Virus record (IMG/VR): IMGVR_UViG_3300028920_000022
Coordinates: 186,001-250,000 of that record
DNA length: 64,000 nt
Reading direction: 5' to 3' (one strand)
Shown here: piece by piece, positions 51,214-60,582 of the stretch
How the letters are laid out: every line of letters starts with the position of its first letter
Numbering within the stretch: position 1 is the first letter of the stretch
Made by a program: the position numbers and the translations under genes
Notes under the pieces: generated by a model
Told to the model about the DNA's origin: nothing
Database searches by the model: none
What the model saw: only the letters and a program-made list of their open reading frames with translations

Positions 51214-51503
51214 AAGCAGGATTTTTGCGTAGATTGGCTAAAGATTGTCGACTAGAGGGAAATGATCGTTTAGCAACCCGTGCCCTAATAGCACTAGCTA
51301 AGGAAACCGGATCTCCAACCCCACGTTCAGATTTGAGTTATTCTTATATTATGCGCGAATTGAGAAAGGAAGATCCAGACAAACTGCATAAGTTCATGGT
51401 AGTGTTTAAGAAAGCGTTTGATAAAGCATATGTAGAAGAGCTTGAAGATCCTGATAATATAGCCTTAATGGAGGCGCTCCAGGCGGTTGATTATGAAGAT
51501 TAA
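51210..51503 (+). CDS. hypothetical protein
   Basis: ATGA overlap. Confidence 0.55.
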   Translation: MKAGFLRRLAKDCRLEGNDRLATRALIALAKETGSPTPRSDLSYSYIMRELRKEDPDKLHKFMVVFKKAFDKAYVEELEDPDNIALMEALQAVDYED

Positions 51504-51816
51504 TAGCACTCCACAGGAACGTATGTTCAAGGTTGCAGAATCTATAGCAACCGCAGATGATCCAGTCCTGGCAGCGCGTGGAATTGCGGCTATTATTCAC
51601 TTTCTTACCCGCCGTATAGAACCAAACAAAAGACTTTATTCCCTGTTGGGTTTAAAAAGAAAAATTTATGAGTTGGATGAGTACCAGATTGCTTCCAAGA
51701 AAACTCCTACCACAGCTTCATTGGGACAATCTATTTCTTTCCTTAAAACTATGTTAAACGGAAGACCTCCGTATTATGTGCGACGAGTAATTAATGAGGT
51801 GGTAAAGCAAATATGA
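51493..51816 (+). CDS. hypothetical protein
   Basis: Overlapping ORF in the array. Confidence 0.55.
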   Translation: MKINSTPQERMFKVAESIATADDPVLAARGIAAIIHFLTRRIEPNKRLYSLLGLKRKIYELDEYQIASKKTPTTASLGQSISFLKTMLNGRPPYYVRRVINEVVKQI

Positions 51817-53036
51817 TGCCTCCGAATTTTCGCCAAGTAACTCCTAAACTATATAGGAGTGGAGCACCGAGATTACAAACTCAGGTGGACTGGCTCGTTA
51901 ACAACTATCCCCAAATAAGAAAAATAATTTCTTTGGATCAAGAAGCAGGAATGACTTTGGGGCGGTTGTTGCCTAATAATGTAGAACATGTTATGTTGCC
52001 TATAAACCCCGAGGATCCTTCTAGTATACAGGTAGCTGGCGCTAAATTAAAGGAAATGGGCGGAAAGATTTTTGAAAGCCCTAATGGTTCTGTTTTGGTG
52101 CATTGTCGGTTAGGACAGGACAGAACCGGTTTTGCCATTGCAATTTATGATGTAATTAAGCGTGGGATGAGTCCACAGGTAGCTATACGCAATGCAGAAT
52201 CGTTGGGATATGGGAAGGGAATTTCTGCTGCTGCAAAGAAAGTCATGGACAAGGTTATTGGAGCCCAAGAGGAAGAGGTGGCGGAAGCTGATGATATTGT
52301 TTCCAAGGTAAGAGAAGAAGGTCATACTCAAGGACCATCTACGTTAGTGGCTGATACTTCAAATCCAGTTATGGATCAAACTAAAGTATGGTATTCGGCG
52401 TTAAGGGCGCCGGAAGGAGATTCATATCCTCCGGCTAATATTCGTTCTAGGATTAATTTTCTGCATAAAGTAATCAAACAGTCTAATATTCATTCTCGCA
52501 TGCAGATATTGAAAGCCATTGCGAAAAATGATGCGGATAAAAGTGCCGTTATCATACGCGATGTTGCTCAACCCGGGGATGACAAGTTTTACGCACAGTT
52601 TCAGAAGTTTTTGAAGTCATTAGGGTACTCAGTAGATATTACCGGGTATGGTGAGCTACCGCCTGTAGCTGATTTATGGATAGGTTATGGTAAAGGATCA
52701 GAAGCTTTGAAAGCTGCACCTTCCACCGTTAAACAGTTGGCTTTGAAGCCTACTTTTGTATTAACTTCAGATGTAGTGAATGTTATTAAAACGTTAGATC
52801 GTAGTGATGTTAATGATGCGTTTTTAGGTGGTGGACCAGTTGGTTCTCCTACCGCTGAAGATTTGGGTGCGGGGCAAGGTGTACCCTCTGCTCCTCATAT
52901 TCCAGATTCTGGGATGAGGAGTAATTATCAAGGGTCTATTCCTGGCACAAATTTCGGAGCTTCCGGTGGAACTCCGGGGACTGGAGGACCAGGAGGGTTA
53001 GTTGATATAGATCCATATGGGTTAGTACAACTCTGA
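51813..53036 (+). CDS. Cx5R dual-specificity/tyrosine phosphatase domain protein
   Basis: NFRQVTPKLYRSGAP, IISLD, VLVHCRLGQDRTG P-loop; unrelated C-terminal half. Confidence 0.88.
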   Translation: MMPPNFRQVTPKLYRSGAPRLQTQVDWLVNNYPQIRKIISLDQEAGMTLGRLLPNNVEHVMLPINPEDPSSIQVAGAKLKEMGGKIFESPNGSVLVHCRLGQDRTGFAIAIYDVIKRGMSPQVAIRNAESLGYGKGISAAAKKVMDKVIGAQEEEVAEADDIVSKVREEGHTQGPSTLVADTSNPVMDQTKVWYSALRAPEGDSYPPANIRSRINFLHKVIKQSNIHSRMQILKAIAKNDADKSAVIIRDVAQPGDDKFYAQFQKFLKSLGYSVDITGYGELPPVADLWIGYGKGSEALKAAPSTVKQLALKPTFVLTSDVVNVIKTLDRSDVNDAFLGGGPVGSPTAEDLGAGQGVPSAPHIPDSGMRSNYQGSIPGTNFGASGGTPGTGGPGGLVDIDPYGLVQL

Positions 53037-53061
53037 TATAGCATTTTTCTAGTATTTCAAT

Positions 53062-53739
53062 ATGTTTAAGTCTTCCGATACCGTAGAATTGTCTTTGGAC
53101 ATAACTGATGCAGAGAAGAAAACTGCCAATGAACTGGTGGGATTACTAAAACTGCTCATGGATAAGTTATTAAAATTCAATAATTACTTAAATATTTTAT
53201 ATAATCCATTTAAAGAATACCAAACTGTATCTCAAGAATCTGCTTATAAGTATCGTGCATCATTATGGAGATTTACTGAAGAGGTAGAAAAATTATATTT
53301 TGGAGAAAAAGAATCTAAAGAATCTAAAGAATCCAATCAACCCAAAGATTGGCCAATAAAAAAGATTGCTTTTGTTGCGGCAGCAAAGCTCAAGGAATTT
53401 TCTACAGACACACACATTGCAAAGTTATTGGAATCGTTTTCTGATGATGCTACTGACGTAGAAGATAATGTCACCAGTTTAATTGCTATAATTCGCAATT
53501 ATGAGAGTTCTACATTCCGGAATAACGTTGTTTCTTCGATGGAAAATGTTAAAAAAGAAATATCAGAACTTAAAAAAATAATAGAAGATCGAATAATTGA
53601 TCATGTAAATACCAATATTCTGGCAAAGAATTGGATAGAAGATTCCAGCCAAGAGCTTAATATTCCTGTACAAGAGCGCGAACCTTATGTGGTGAGGTTG
53701 TATAAGGAAAGAGAGCAACGAAGACAGCAGAAAGGTTAA
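53062..53739 (+). CDS. helical hypothetical protein
   Basis: ATG ORF. Confidence 0.6.
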   Translation: MFKSSDTVELSLDITDAEKKTANELVGLLKLLMDKLLKFNNYLNILYNPFKEYQTVSQESAYKYRASLWRFTEEVEKLYFGEKESKESKESNQPKDWPIKKIAFVAAAKLKEFSTDTHIAKLLESFSDDATDVEDNVTSLIAIIRNYESSTFRNNVVSSMENVKKEISELKKIIEDRIIDHVNTNILAKNWIEDSSQELNIPVQEREPYVVRLYKEREQRRQQKG

Positions 53740-53740
53740 T

Positions 53741-53872
53741 ATGTTTATTAAACAAGGCGATCCTGAAAAGATTTTAAAGATTTATAAAGAAGGTGAACTG
53801 AAACAGGACGAAGAGGAATCTCGCAAGCAACAAGAACTAAAGGCGTCTTCAAACTCTAATTTGGAGAAATAA
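53741..53872 (+). CDS. small ORF (43 aa)
   Basis: MFIKQGDPEKILK...; its TAA abuts the next ATG; the start resembles MLIKLGE of the next gene. Confidence 0.4.
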   Translation: MFIKQGDPEKILKIYKEGELKQDEEESRKQQELKASSNSNLEK

Positions 53873-56800
53873 ATGCTTATTAAATTAGGAGAAGCACGAT
53901 CTGTTACTAGACAGGACATAAAGTCTAATATTCTTGATATTGATGATCCTGAAATGAATGAAATGTTTCAGGAAACTGTTAGTGAGTTAAAAGCTCGTGC
54001 TGCCGCAGAGGCTAAAGAACAATCTATTAAAACCGGAAAAGCTATTGCCCCTAGAGCTAAAGACTTTTTATATTTTACAGCGGTGATGATGCACGCAGCC
54101 GAAGCCGCTCTTTTGGATGAAGATGGGAACATTAAAAAGTCGGCAGATGGTTCTGAGATAACTGCTGAATGGGAAAAACGTGATGACACTTGGATTTGGA
54201 AATGTTCCGATCCTACTGTTATGCCTTATAAGAATAGTAATAATGATATATTCCCATCAGAAGAGCTTAAAAAAGCTTATAAAAAATGGGTAGCTAAACC
54301 ATTATGTTTGGACCATCAATCTCAGTCTGTGGACATGATGCGCGGTATTGTGGTTGACACTTATTGGGATGATAAAAAACAAAGGGTGGTTGCCCTGTGT
54401 GCTTTGGATAAGGTTAATTATCCAGAACTAGCTCATAAAGTTGCTTCCGGCGTAGCTGCCTGTGTTTCCATGGGTACAGCAGTGGGTCGCGCTATTTGTA
54501 CTGAAAAGGGATGTCACCGGGTTGCTAAGACAGAAGCAGATTTCTGTGAGCACATGAAAGCAAAAACTTGTTATGGCGAAATCAATGTGGATTTGTCACC
54601 AATTGAATTATCTATTGTGGTTAATGGTGCAGACCCGAAAGCAAAGATTCGTCGTGTAATTGCTGCCGCGGATAGTATTGCCAAATATGTTGAAATGAAA
54701 GAAAAGATGGTCAAAAGCAAAGAGGCAATGAGTCTTGAAGAGGTTAAGCAGCTTAAAGAAGATTTAAAGAATATTGAAGGAAAGATTGCGTCATTGGGAG
54801 AAGAAGAGGAAATAATGCCCCCATATGGGCAAGAAGGTCGCGGTTCTCCAGAAATGACCGAAACTGAGGTCGATAATGTGGCAGGTAATACCCCTCAAGG
54901 GTTTCCTGATCGTTATGCTTCCGAACTACTTTTAGACTTAACTAGGGTATTAAGTGAAAAAGTGGAACAATTAGATAAATTTATCAATAAAATGGCTTCT
55001 GTAAAAGAGGGTCATTTAATTAATACAGAGGATACAACAATGACTAAAGAGAAAACAGCTTACTTCCAGGGTGGCGGAGGAGTTAATGAGCCCGCCCCTA
55101 AGCAGGTTAAGTACCCCAAAGAAGATTCAGATTCTATTAGAGATAATGAAGATAAGCAGATGGTAGGACAACCACCGTTCCCCGATGTGGGTCCAGTGGA
55201 TGGAATGCACCCAAGTCCAGCGTCTGTTTCCGAGACCGAAGAGGCTCGTAAAAAGAGACTGCAGCGGCTAGCTGCGGAGAATGAGCAGCGTAAGCTGCGT
55301 CGAGAGGCTGCTCTTGAGCAGGCTAAGAACGCCATTGATACTAAGGCTTATTTTAATGGCGGTGGTGGAGTAAATGAACCAACTCCAGGCAAGCCAAAGT
55401 ATGAGAAGGAAGATTCCGATGGTATTCGGGATAAAGAAGACAAGCAAATGGTTGGCGCACCTCCGTTCCCCAATGTTGGGAAACCAGATGGTCTGTATGG
55501 TAACGATTTGGCAGAAAAGAAAAAGCTGCTTCGTGCCAAGCTGAATGCTCATTTCGTCAAGGGCGCCAATAAGGGCGACGATCGTTGGGAGGTTTATCAT
55601 GGTGACAACCTGATTCTTACTGCGACCGTTAATGACCTAGTTGGACCAGATAAGGTTGCGGCATTTTATGATAGTATTGCCACTAAGGTTTATGGTAAGA
55701 AGATTATCGATACCATTCGTTCTCAGGGTTTTGAGACCGCTATGTCAATCTTTAAGGGCGCTCAGGCAGTGGCTGGTCCAGGTTCTGAGCCAGCAGCCCC
55801 TCCTGATGCCGGCGGAGCCGGTCCTGCCCCTGCAATAGAAGCTCCTCCAGAGATGCCAGCTGAAGCCCCAGTAGATGAGGGCGGCGGCGGTTCTCCTGTT
55901 GAGCAGTTGCAGTCCAGCCTGGACGAGGTTGATGGGCTTATTGCTGACATGAAGAGCCAGATTCAGGCTTTGCAGGAAGAAAACGTTGAGCCAATGGCTG
56001 CTCCGGAAGGCGCACCCGTGACCGCTTCGGTTTCTCTACCAGCCATGCGTCAGACTCTAAACAAAGCACTTATTAAGGGTGCTCAGCAGGCACTTAGTGA
56101 CCTAAGTGATCATAAAGAAGAGTTGCAGTTACTGCAGCATGTATACAACACCGATGGTGCTGTTCATGCCGAAAATCAGGAAGTAGTCAGCGATCTGGCT
56201 ACTGATGCACTGAAAGATGTTCAGAGCACTGTTGCGGATGTACACATGCTTATGTCTGCGTTTGTAAAGTATGCCAAAGGCACCGAGGCTCTTGTCAAGA
56301 GAGCAGAAGAGGAGATTGGGATGACTACTGAAATCGATGCCAATGAGGCAGTTGATATAGGGTTCGAAGATGATGGTTTGCCAGATGATCCTGACGCATT
56401 AGAGAGTTATCTTGCTGAACTCTCGGAAGAAACCCCCGAGGGTGAGGAAGAGATTTCTGTGGAAGAGGACATTGATGAACTTAAAGCCATGCAGGGACCA
56501 GAAGGAACCGAACTTGATGGGACCCCAGAAGAGATCGGTAAGGCTTTGAGCGAGGCTGCTTCCGAGGATTTGGCTACTCTTCGTACCAAGATTGCACAGA
56601 AGGGTGTTGCATTTAGTGACATGCTTCAGAAGGCTCATCCAGGTGGCGGAACCACTACGGCACTGGATGTTAAGCCTACTGGTGATTTGGGCAAGGTTGA
56701 GGATCTTCCTGAAGCACACGCTAAGTTTATGGATGTTGCCAATGCTCCTCCTAAGGTTCGTCAGGCAGCTGAGGATATTCAGCGCTTAGTAGTAGCCGGC

Positions 56801-57280
56801 AAAATCGATCCAAATAGCGATTTCCCAGCACTAATTGCTCAGGGTATTGATCCAGCGGCTGTGGCTTATTGGAAGAAAATGTGGGGCGAGGCTGGAGACA
56901 GCGAATCGTCTCAGTATGTCAATGAGCTGGTAAAAGAATACAATACCAAGAAGGCTGAGGAAGAGATGGGCAAGTATCGTGTTAAGGTAGCCCGCGCATA
57001 CGAGCTAGCTCACGAGATGGCACGTCGTGGTTACATTGGCAGCAATCGTGAAGCGATTTCTGAGCAGGTTGATGAACTGATGGATTTCTCGGACAAGAAC
57101 TTTGATCATCTCAAAGCAACTGTTACGCGGAAGCCAATCAAGAAGAGCGCATCTATTCCTGATGTTGGACATCCAGAATCTGTTATGAATCTTGTTGATT
57201 CAGCAGTACCTGCTGTAGAAACTTCGGTAGGATCGTTACAGAACGATTTGGATGCAGCTTTCCGTAACCGCAAATACTAA
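53873..57280 (+). CDS. prohead protease-scaffold fusion (putative)
   Basis: N-terminal LCLDHQ...GIVVD...VSMG...IELSIVVNGADPKA resembles phage prohead Ser proteases; long acidic and coiled-coil C-terminal region; position downstream of the portal. Confidence 0.65.
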   Translation: MLIKLGEARSVTRQDIKSNILDIDDPEMNEMFQETVSELKARAAAEAKEQSIKTGKAIAPRAKDFLYFTAVMMHAAEAALLDEDGNIKKSADGSEITAEWEKRDDTWIWKCSDPTVMPYKNSNNDIFPSEELKKAYKKWVAKPLCLDHQSQSVDMMRGIVVDTYWDDKKQRVVALCALDKVNYPELAHKVASGVAACVSMGTAVGRAICTEKGCHRVAKTEADFCEHMKAKTCYGEINVDLSPIELSIVVNGADPKAKIRRVIAAADSIAKYVEMKEKMVKSKEAMSLEEVKQLKEDLKNIEGKIASLGEEEEIMPPYGQEGRGSPEMTETEVDNVAGNTPQGFPDRYASELLLDLTRVLSEKVEQLDKFINKMASVKEGHLINTEDTTMTKEKTAYFQGGGGVNEPAPKQVKYPKEDSDSIRDNEDKQMVGQPPFPDVGPVDGMHPSPASVSETEEARKKRLQRLAAENEQRKLRREAALEQAKNAIDTKAYFNGGGGVNEPTPGKPKYEKEDSDGIRDKEDKQMVGAPPFPNVGKPDGLYGNDLAEKKKLLRAKLNAHFVKGANKGDDRWEVYHGDNLILTATVNDLVGPDKVAAFYDSIATKVYGKKIIDTIRSQGFETAMSIFKGAQAVAGPGSEPAAPPDAGGAGPAPAIEAPPEMPAEAPVDEGGGGSPVEQLQSSLDEVDGLIADMKSQIQALQEENVEPMAAPEGAPVTASVSLPAMRQTLNKALIKGAQQALSDLSDHKEELQLLQHVYNTDGAVHAENQEVVSDLATDALKDVQSTVADVHMLMSAFVKYAKGTEALVKRAEEEIGMTTEIDANEAVDIGFEDDGLPDDPDALESYLAELSEETPEGEEEISVEEDIDELKAMQGPEGTELDGTPEEIGKALSEAASEDLATLRTKIAQKGVAFSDMLQKAHPGGGTTTALDVKPTGDLGKVEDLPEAHAKFMDVANAPPKVRQAAEDIQRLVVAGKIDPNSDFPALIAQGIDPAAVAYWKKMWGEAGDSESSQYVNELVKEYNTKKAEEEMGKYRVKVARAYELAHEMARRGYIGSNREAISEQVDELMDFSDKNFDHLKATVTRKPIKKSASIPDVGHPESVMNLVDSAVPAVETSVGSLQNDLDAAFRNRKY
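55061..55498 (+). repeat. two 50-aa internal repeats (55061-55210 and 55349-55498)
   Basis: YFQGGGGVNEPAPKQVKYPKEDSDSIRDNEDKQMVGQPPFPDVGPVDGMH versus YFNGGGGVNEPTPGKPKYEKEDSDGIRDKEDKQMVGAPPFPNVGKPDGLY. Confidence 0.95.
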
Positions 57281-57287
57281 TTAGACT

Positions 57288-57325
57288 GAGGGTGGGGCGA
57301 ATAGCCCCGCCCTTCTATCTATTTT
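57288..57325 (+). terminator. putative terminator/stem-loop after the protease-scaffold gene
   Basis: gagggtggggc-gaata-gccccgcccttc stem followed by an imperfect T-rich tract. Confidence 0.55.
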
Positions 57326-57342
57326 TGTTAGGAATTGAAAAA

Positions 57343-58263
57343 ATGATAAAAAACTCAAATATTGGTGATATAGTTGCGGCTGAAATGGATAAAACTCTCG
57401 AAACTGATGAGTTTAAAAAGATTTTTGCCAGCCCGGTGGTGGAAACTGCTAAACCTGATTATTCTGAAGCTTTGAGTGAAGATTCAAACTATCGTGCATT
57501 TGTTCGTTTTGCCTCCAAGAAAGAAAATGAAGATGAAGAGGACGAAGACAAGAAAGATGAAAAAGATGACGATGAAAAAGAGGATAAGAAACCAAAGAAG
57601 GGCAAGCAACCTCCGTGGTTAAAAGGTAAGGGTAAAGGTAAAGATGATGACGAAGATGAATGTGGTGCTTTTGCTGGTGCCATGAATCATCTCGTTGAAA
57701 CTTTTGTACGTACTTCTGAAGCTCTTGAAGGAATGGGTCTTAAGGCAAGCGCTCGTAAATCCATTATGTTATTGGATGATATAATCAAGGAAGCTGCGGC
57801 TATTAAAAAAGCCCAGTTTGCGGAAGAGTTTGGGACCGAAGAGCCCGAAGATGTCGAAGAAGAGTCTTTGGAAGAAGAAATTGGTGAGCCTCCACCGGTT
57901 GGAGAAGAAGATGAGGAACTGTCTTCTCGTTTGGATGAATTGACCGAACCCGAAGAGACCTTAGAAGTATCAGATGCTGATGATTTTGTGATGGATGACC
58001 CAGAAGTAATAGCGGCATTTAAAGAACTGAATGAGTGGGTTAAGACGGCTGAGTCGGATGATGATGAGGAAAAAGACGAGGACAAAGAAAAAGACGAGAA
58101 GGATGAGGACGAAAAGGACGAAGAGGAAGAGGACGAAAACGACGCCAAAGATAAAAAAGAAGATAAAGAAGAGGATAAGAAAGAGAAGGACGAAGACGAG
58201 GAAAAAGAGGACAAATCAGACGAAGAGGAAGATGAGAACGATCTTTCCTGGCTAATGGAATAA
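57343..58263 (+). CDS. highly acidic low-complexity putative head core protein
   Basis: ATG at 57343; long D/E/K tracts separated by short helices. Confidence 0.65.
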   Translation: MIKNSNIGDIVAAEMDKTLETDEFKKIFASPVVETAKPDYSEALSEDSNYRAFVRFASKKENEDEEDEDKKDEKDDDEKEDKKPKKGKQPPWLKGKGKGKDDDEDECGAFAGAMNHLVETFVRTSEALEGMGLKASARKSIMLLDDIIKEAAAIKKAQFAEEFGTEEPEDVEEESLEEEIGEPPPVGEEDEELSSRLDELTEPEETLEVSDADDFVMDDPEVIAAFKELNEWVKTAESDDDEEKDEDKEKDEKDEDEKDEEEEDENDAKDKKEDKEEDKKEKDEDEEKEDKSDEEEDENDLSWLME

Positions 58264-58276
58264 TTTGGTGATTTAA

Positions 58277-58705
58277 ATGCTTAAAAGTCGACTGTTTAAA
58301 AATGAGCGCATAGATGAAACTATTTTGGAGGATATGGAAAAGAACTTTTATCGTAATGCCTCCGAAAAAGCAAAAACAAATCAAGACCATATTAAAATAA
58401 TGGAACATTTGAATTGTGCCGCGGAATTATTGGAAAACAAAGAATTATATAAAGAAGCTGAAGAAGTTACCAAATTAATTGAAGTCGTTGCGAAGAAAAA
58501 GAAGGAAAAGGACAAGGAAGATAAGAAAAAAGGGAAAAAAAAGAAGGAAGGCGAAAACCCGAAATCTAGCGAAGAAGCGGTAGAAAATTTGAAAACTAAA
58601 GGTTGGATGTTTAGCGCAAATGATGGGAAAAATGCTAGTCTTACCGTCACTGAAGCGGGCGATAGTGATGGTGATTATGACGAATTAAAGAAATTGTGGG
58701 ATTAG
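58277..58705 (+). CDS. hypothetical protein
   Basis: ATG ORF. Confidence 0.6.
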   Translation: MLKSRLFKNERIDETILEDMEKNFYRNASEKAKTNQDHIKIMEHLNCAAELLENKELYKEAEEVTKLIEVVAKKKKEKDKEDKKKGKKKKEGENPKSSEEAVENLKTKGWMFSANDGKNASLTVTEAGDSDGDYDELKKLWD

Positions 58706-58732
58706 TTCTTAACTTATTTGTTTAATTTCCTT

Positions 58733-58770
58733 ATGCCCCCTGCCTTAATTGGCAGGGGGCATTCCTTTTT
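58733..58770 (+). terminator. rho-independent terminator
   Basis: Perfect 12-bp stem atgccccctgcc / ggcagggggcat, 6-nt loop, then tccttttt. Confidence 0.8.
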
Positions 58771-58785
58771 GTTATAGGTTTATGT

Positions 58786-59547
58786 ATGCGCGGTATGAAG
58801 GAAATATGGGCTCTACGTACCACAATAGCTAAAAGCTATATGCAAGGCGATTCTTCTTATGTTTTAGCTAATAAATATAATACACACAGAATTAATATAA
58901 CCCGCCTTTTGAAGAAAATGGATATTAATATTCGCTCCAATAAAAGAAATATTAATATTCCCACAAAGTTAATACAAAAATTAAATGGATGGATGTTGGG
59001 AGACGGTGGTTTGTTTAGTACCGGAATTCAAGGAAATTTTGTGTTCTCGTCTAAACATAAAGAATATATAGATTATGTTTCAAGTTGTTTTGAAGAATCG
59101 GGAATGACATCTAAACAATATCAAAACGAACAGTTCGGTAAAACTTATTATCGCTTGAGAACTGTTAGCACTGTTGAATTAGGTAAGTTGTATAATGATT
59201 GGTATAAAAACAGAGTCAAAATAGTGCCAGAAGATCTGGAGCTATCTGATTCTTGCATTAGACATTGGATTATGGACGATGGAACTTTGAGCAAACAATA
59301 TGGGCATTTAAGATTGTGTACAAATAGTTTTACCGAAAATGAATGTGAAATTTTGGCTGAAAAAATGAATAGATTCGTGGGATCCACAGAAATTCAACTG
59401 TGTGACCGCGGAAAAAATACTACTAGGATATATATACCTAAGAAAGATGTGTTAAAATTGTATAATAAAATAGGAACTTGTGATGTGGCATGCTTCAAAT
59501 ATAAATGGGAAGTTGCGTCGTCAAATATCTCAGTTAAAGGTGATTAA
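58786..59547 (+). mobile_element. free-standing LAGLIDADG homing endonuclease
   Basis: GWMLGDGGL and HWIMDDG motifs, LRLCTNSFT, N-terminal HTH. Confidence 0.85.
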
Positions 59548-60239
59548 TGTTACGTATTGTACAGACAGGTAATAGTCTTCCGTTTAGTTTTCCAGTAGAT
59601 CCTAGTGCTGAATTCCAGCCCGGTCAGATCGCTCAATTATCAGTTTTTGGTAACAATATGGTTTGCGGCGTTTCTGATGGTATTTGTCCTATTGGTATTA
59701 TCGACGATGTAAAAACGAACGCTTTTACCACCAACGCCGTAGATGAGGTCATTATTGCCGGACCTATTGCTGGAGTTCAATCTGGAGGATCAATCGTTAC
59801 CCCAAATGATGTCAAAGCAGAATTGGTAAATCCGAACGTGGTAATGAGTAGTTTTATATCTGATCCGGTTGATGTAGAGTTGATTCCTAGAAATGGTGTG
59901 GTAGTGTTTCTAGCCGGTACCGAACTTAATTATGACGCAGATGGTGATGGAGTACCAGATTCTATTTACACAGTGGTTAATTATACTTATCAGGTACCGA
60001 ATGTGCCGGGTGATGATTCTACCTATGCTAGCGGCAGGGTTACGGTATGGTTCCAAAGAATGATTGCACAGACTGATCAGTACGAAACTTCCCAGCGTTA
60101 TCCCATTAATGCCAACTTATTTGTCAATGATGAAGGCAAGCTTACCAGCCGTAAACCATCCGATGATCACCCAGGAGTAGCGATTGTTTCGGGACCTCCT
60201 ACCAGTGCCCAGAAGCTTTTAGAGTTTATTTGGCTATAG
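59547..60239 (+). CDS. putative capsid-associated (decoration/cement-like) protein
   Basis: Beta-rich, Gly/Pro/Asp composition in the head module; function is inference. Confidence 0.4.
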   Translation: MLRIVQTGNSLPFSFPVDPSAEFQPGQIAQLSVFGNNMVCGVSDGICPIGIIDDVKTNAFTTNAVDEVIIAGPIAGVQSGGSIVTPNDVKAELVNPNVVMSSFISDPVDVELIPRNGVVVFLAGTELNYDADGDGVPDSIYTVVNYTYQVPNVPGDDSTYASGRVTVWFQRMIAQTDQYETSQRYPINANLFVNDEGKLTSRKPSDDHPGVAIVSGPPTSAQKLLEFIWL

Positions 60240-60297
60240 AAACCGCCTTCAATGCATAACCGCGTATAAATAGTAGGTTAATAATATAGGTGCATTC

Positions 60298-60582
60298 ATG
60301 GCAGATAAAATGGACTGGGCGGCAGCAATGTCTTCCGAGATTTTTAGGAATTATGCCCAAAATGAATTATTAAAAGAAACTCGAATAATCAAGGAAGCCG
60401 TTTCTGAGAATGACGTTTTGGACAACTTTGAAGGTTTACAGAAGCGAGTCAATGCATCTCCTAAACTTCGGGGTGCATTTAAACAGCTCCAGCAATTATT
60501 CACCAGCAACCCTGATTATACCGCAAAGGTTGATCCTAACTTTGTGGAAGGTGTTCTGTTGCTGAATGTAGAGGACGAATAA
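60298..60582 (+). CDS. hypothetical protein
   Basis: ATG ORF. Confidence 0.6.
   Translation: MADKMDWAAAMSSEIFRNYAQNELLKETRIIKEAVSENDVLDNFEGLQKRVNASPKLRGAFKQLQQLFTSNPDYTAKVDPNFVEGVLLLNVEDE

Noticed and set aside
57489-58408. Ser/Phe-rich minus-strand ORFs (also 49070..49387) and alternative-frame NPK/QN-repeat ORFs (49081, 49531)
   Set aside because: They are antisense or off-frame reflections of GAA/GAT-rich and tandem-repeat coding sequence.
58786-59547. LAGLIDADG ORF as intron-encoded
   Set aside because: The flanking genes look complete, a terminator precedes it, and there is no room for intron core structure.
60265-60272. T4-type late promoter TATAAATA
   Set aside because: I found only one intergenic copy in AT-rich DNA; it is noted only as part of the weaker GCATA motif.
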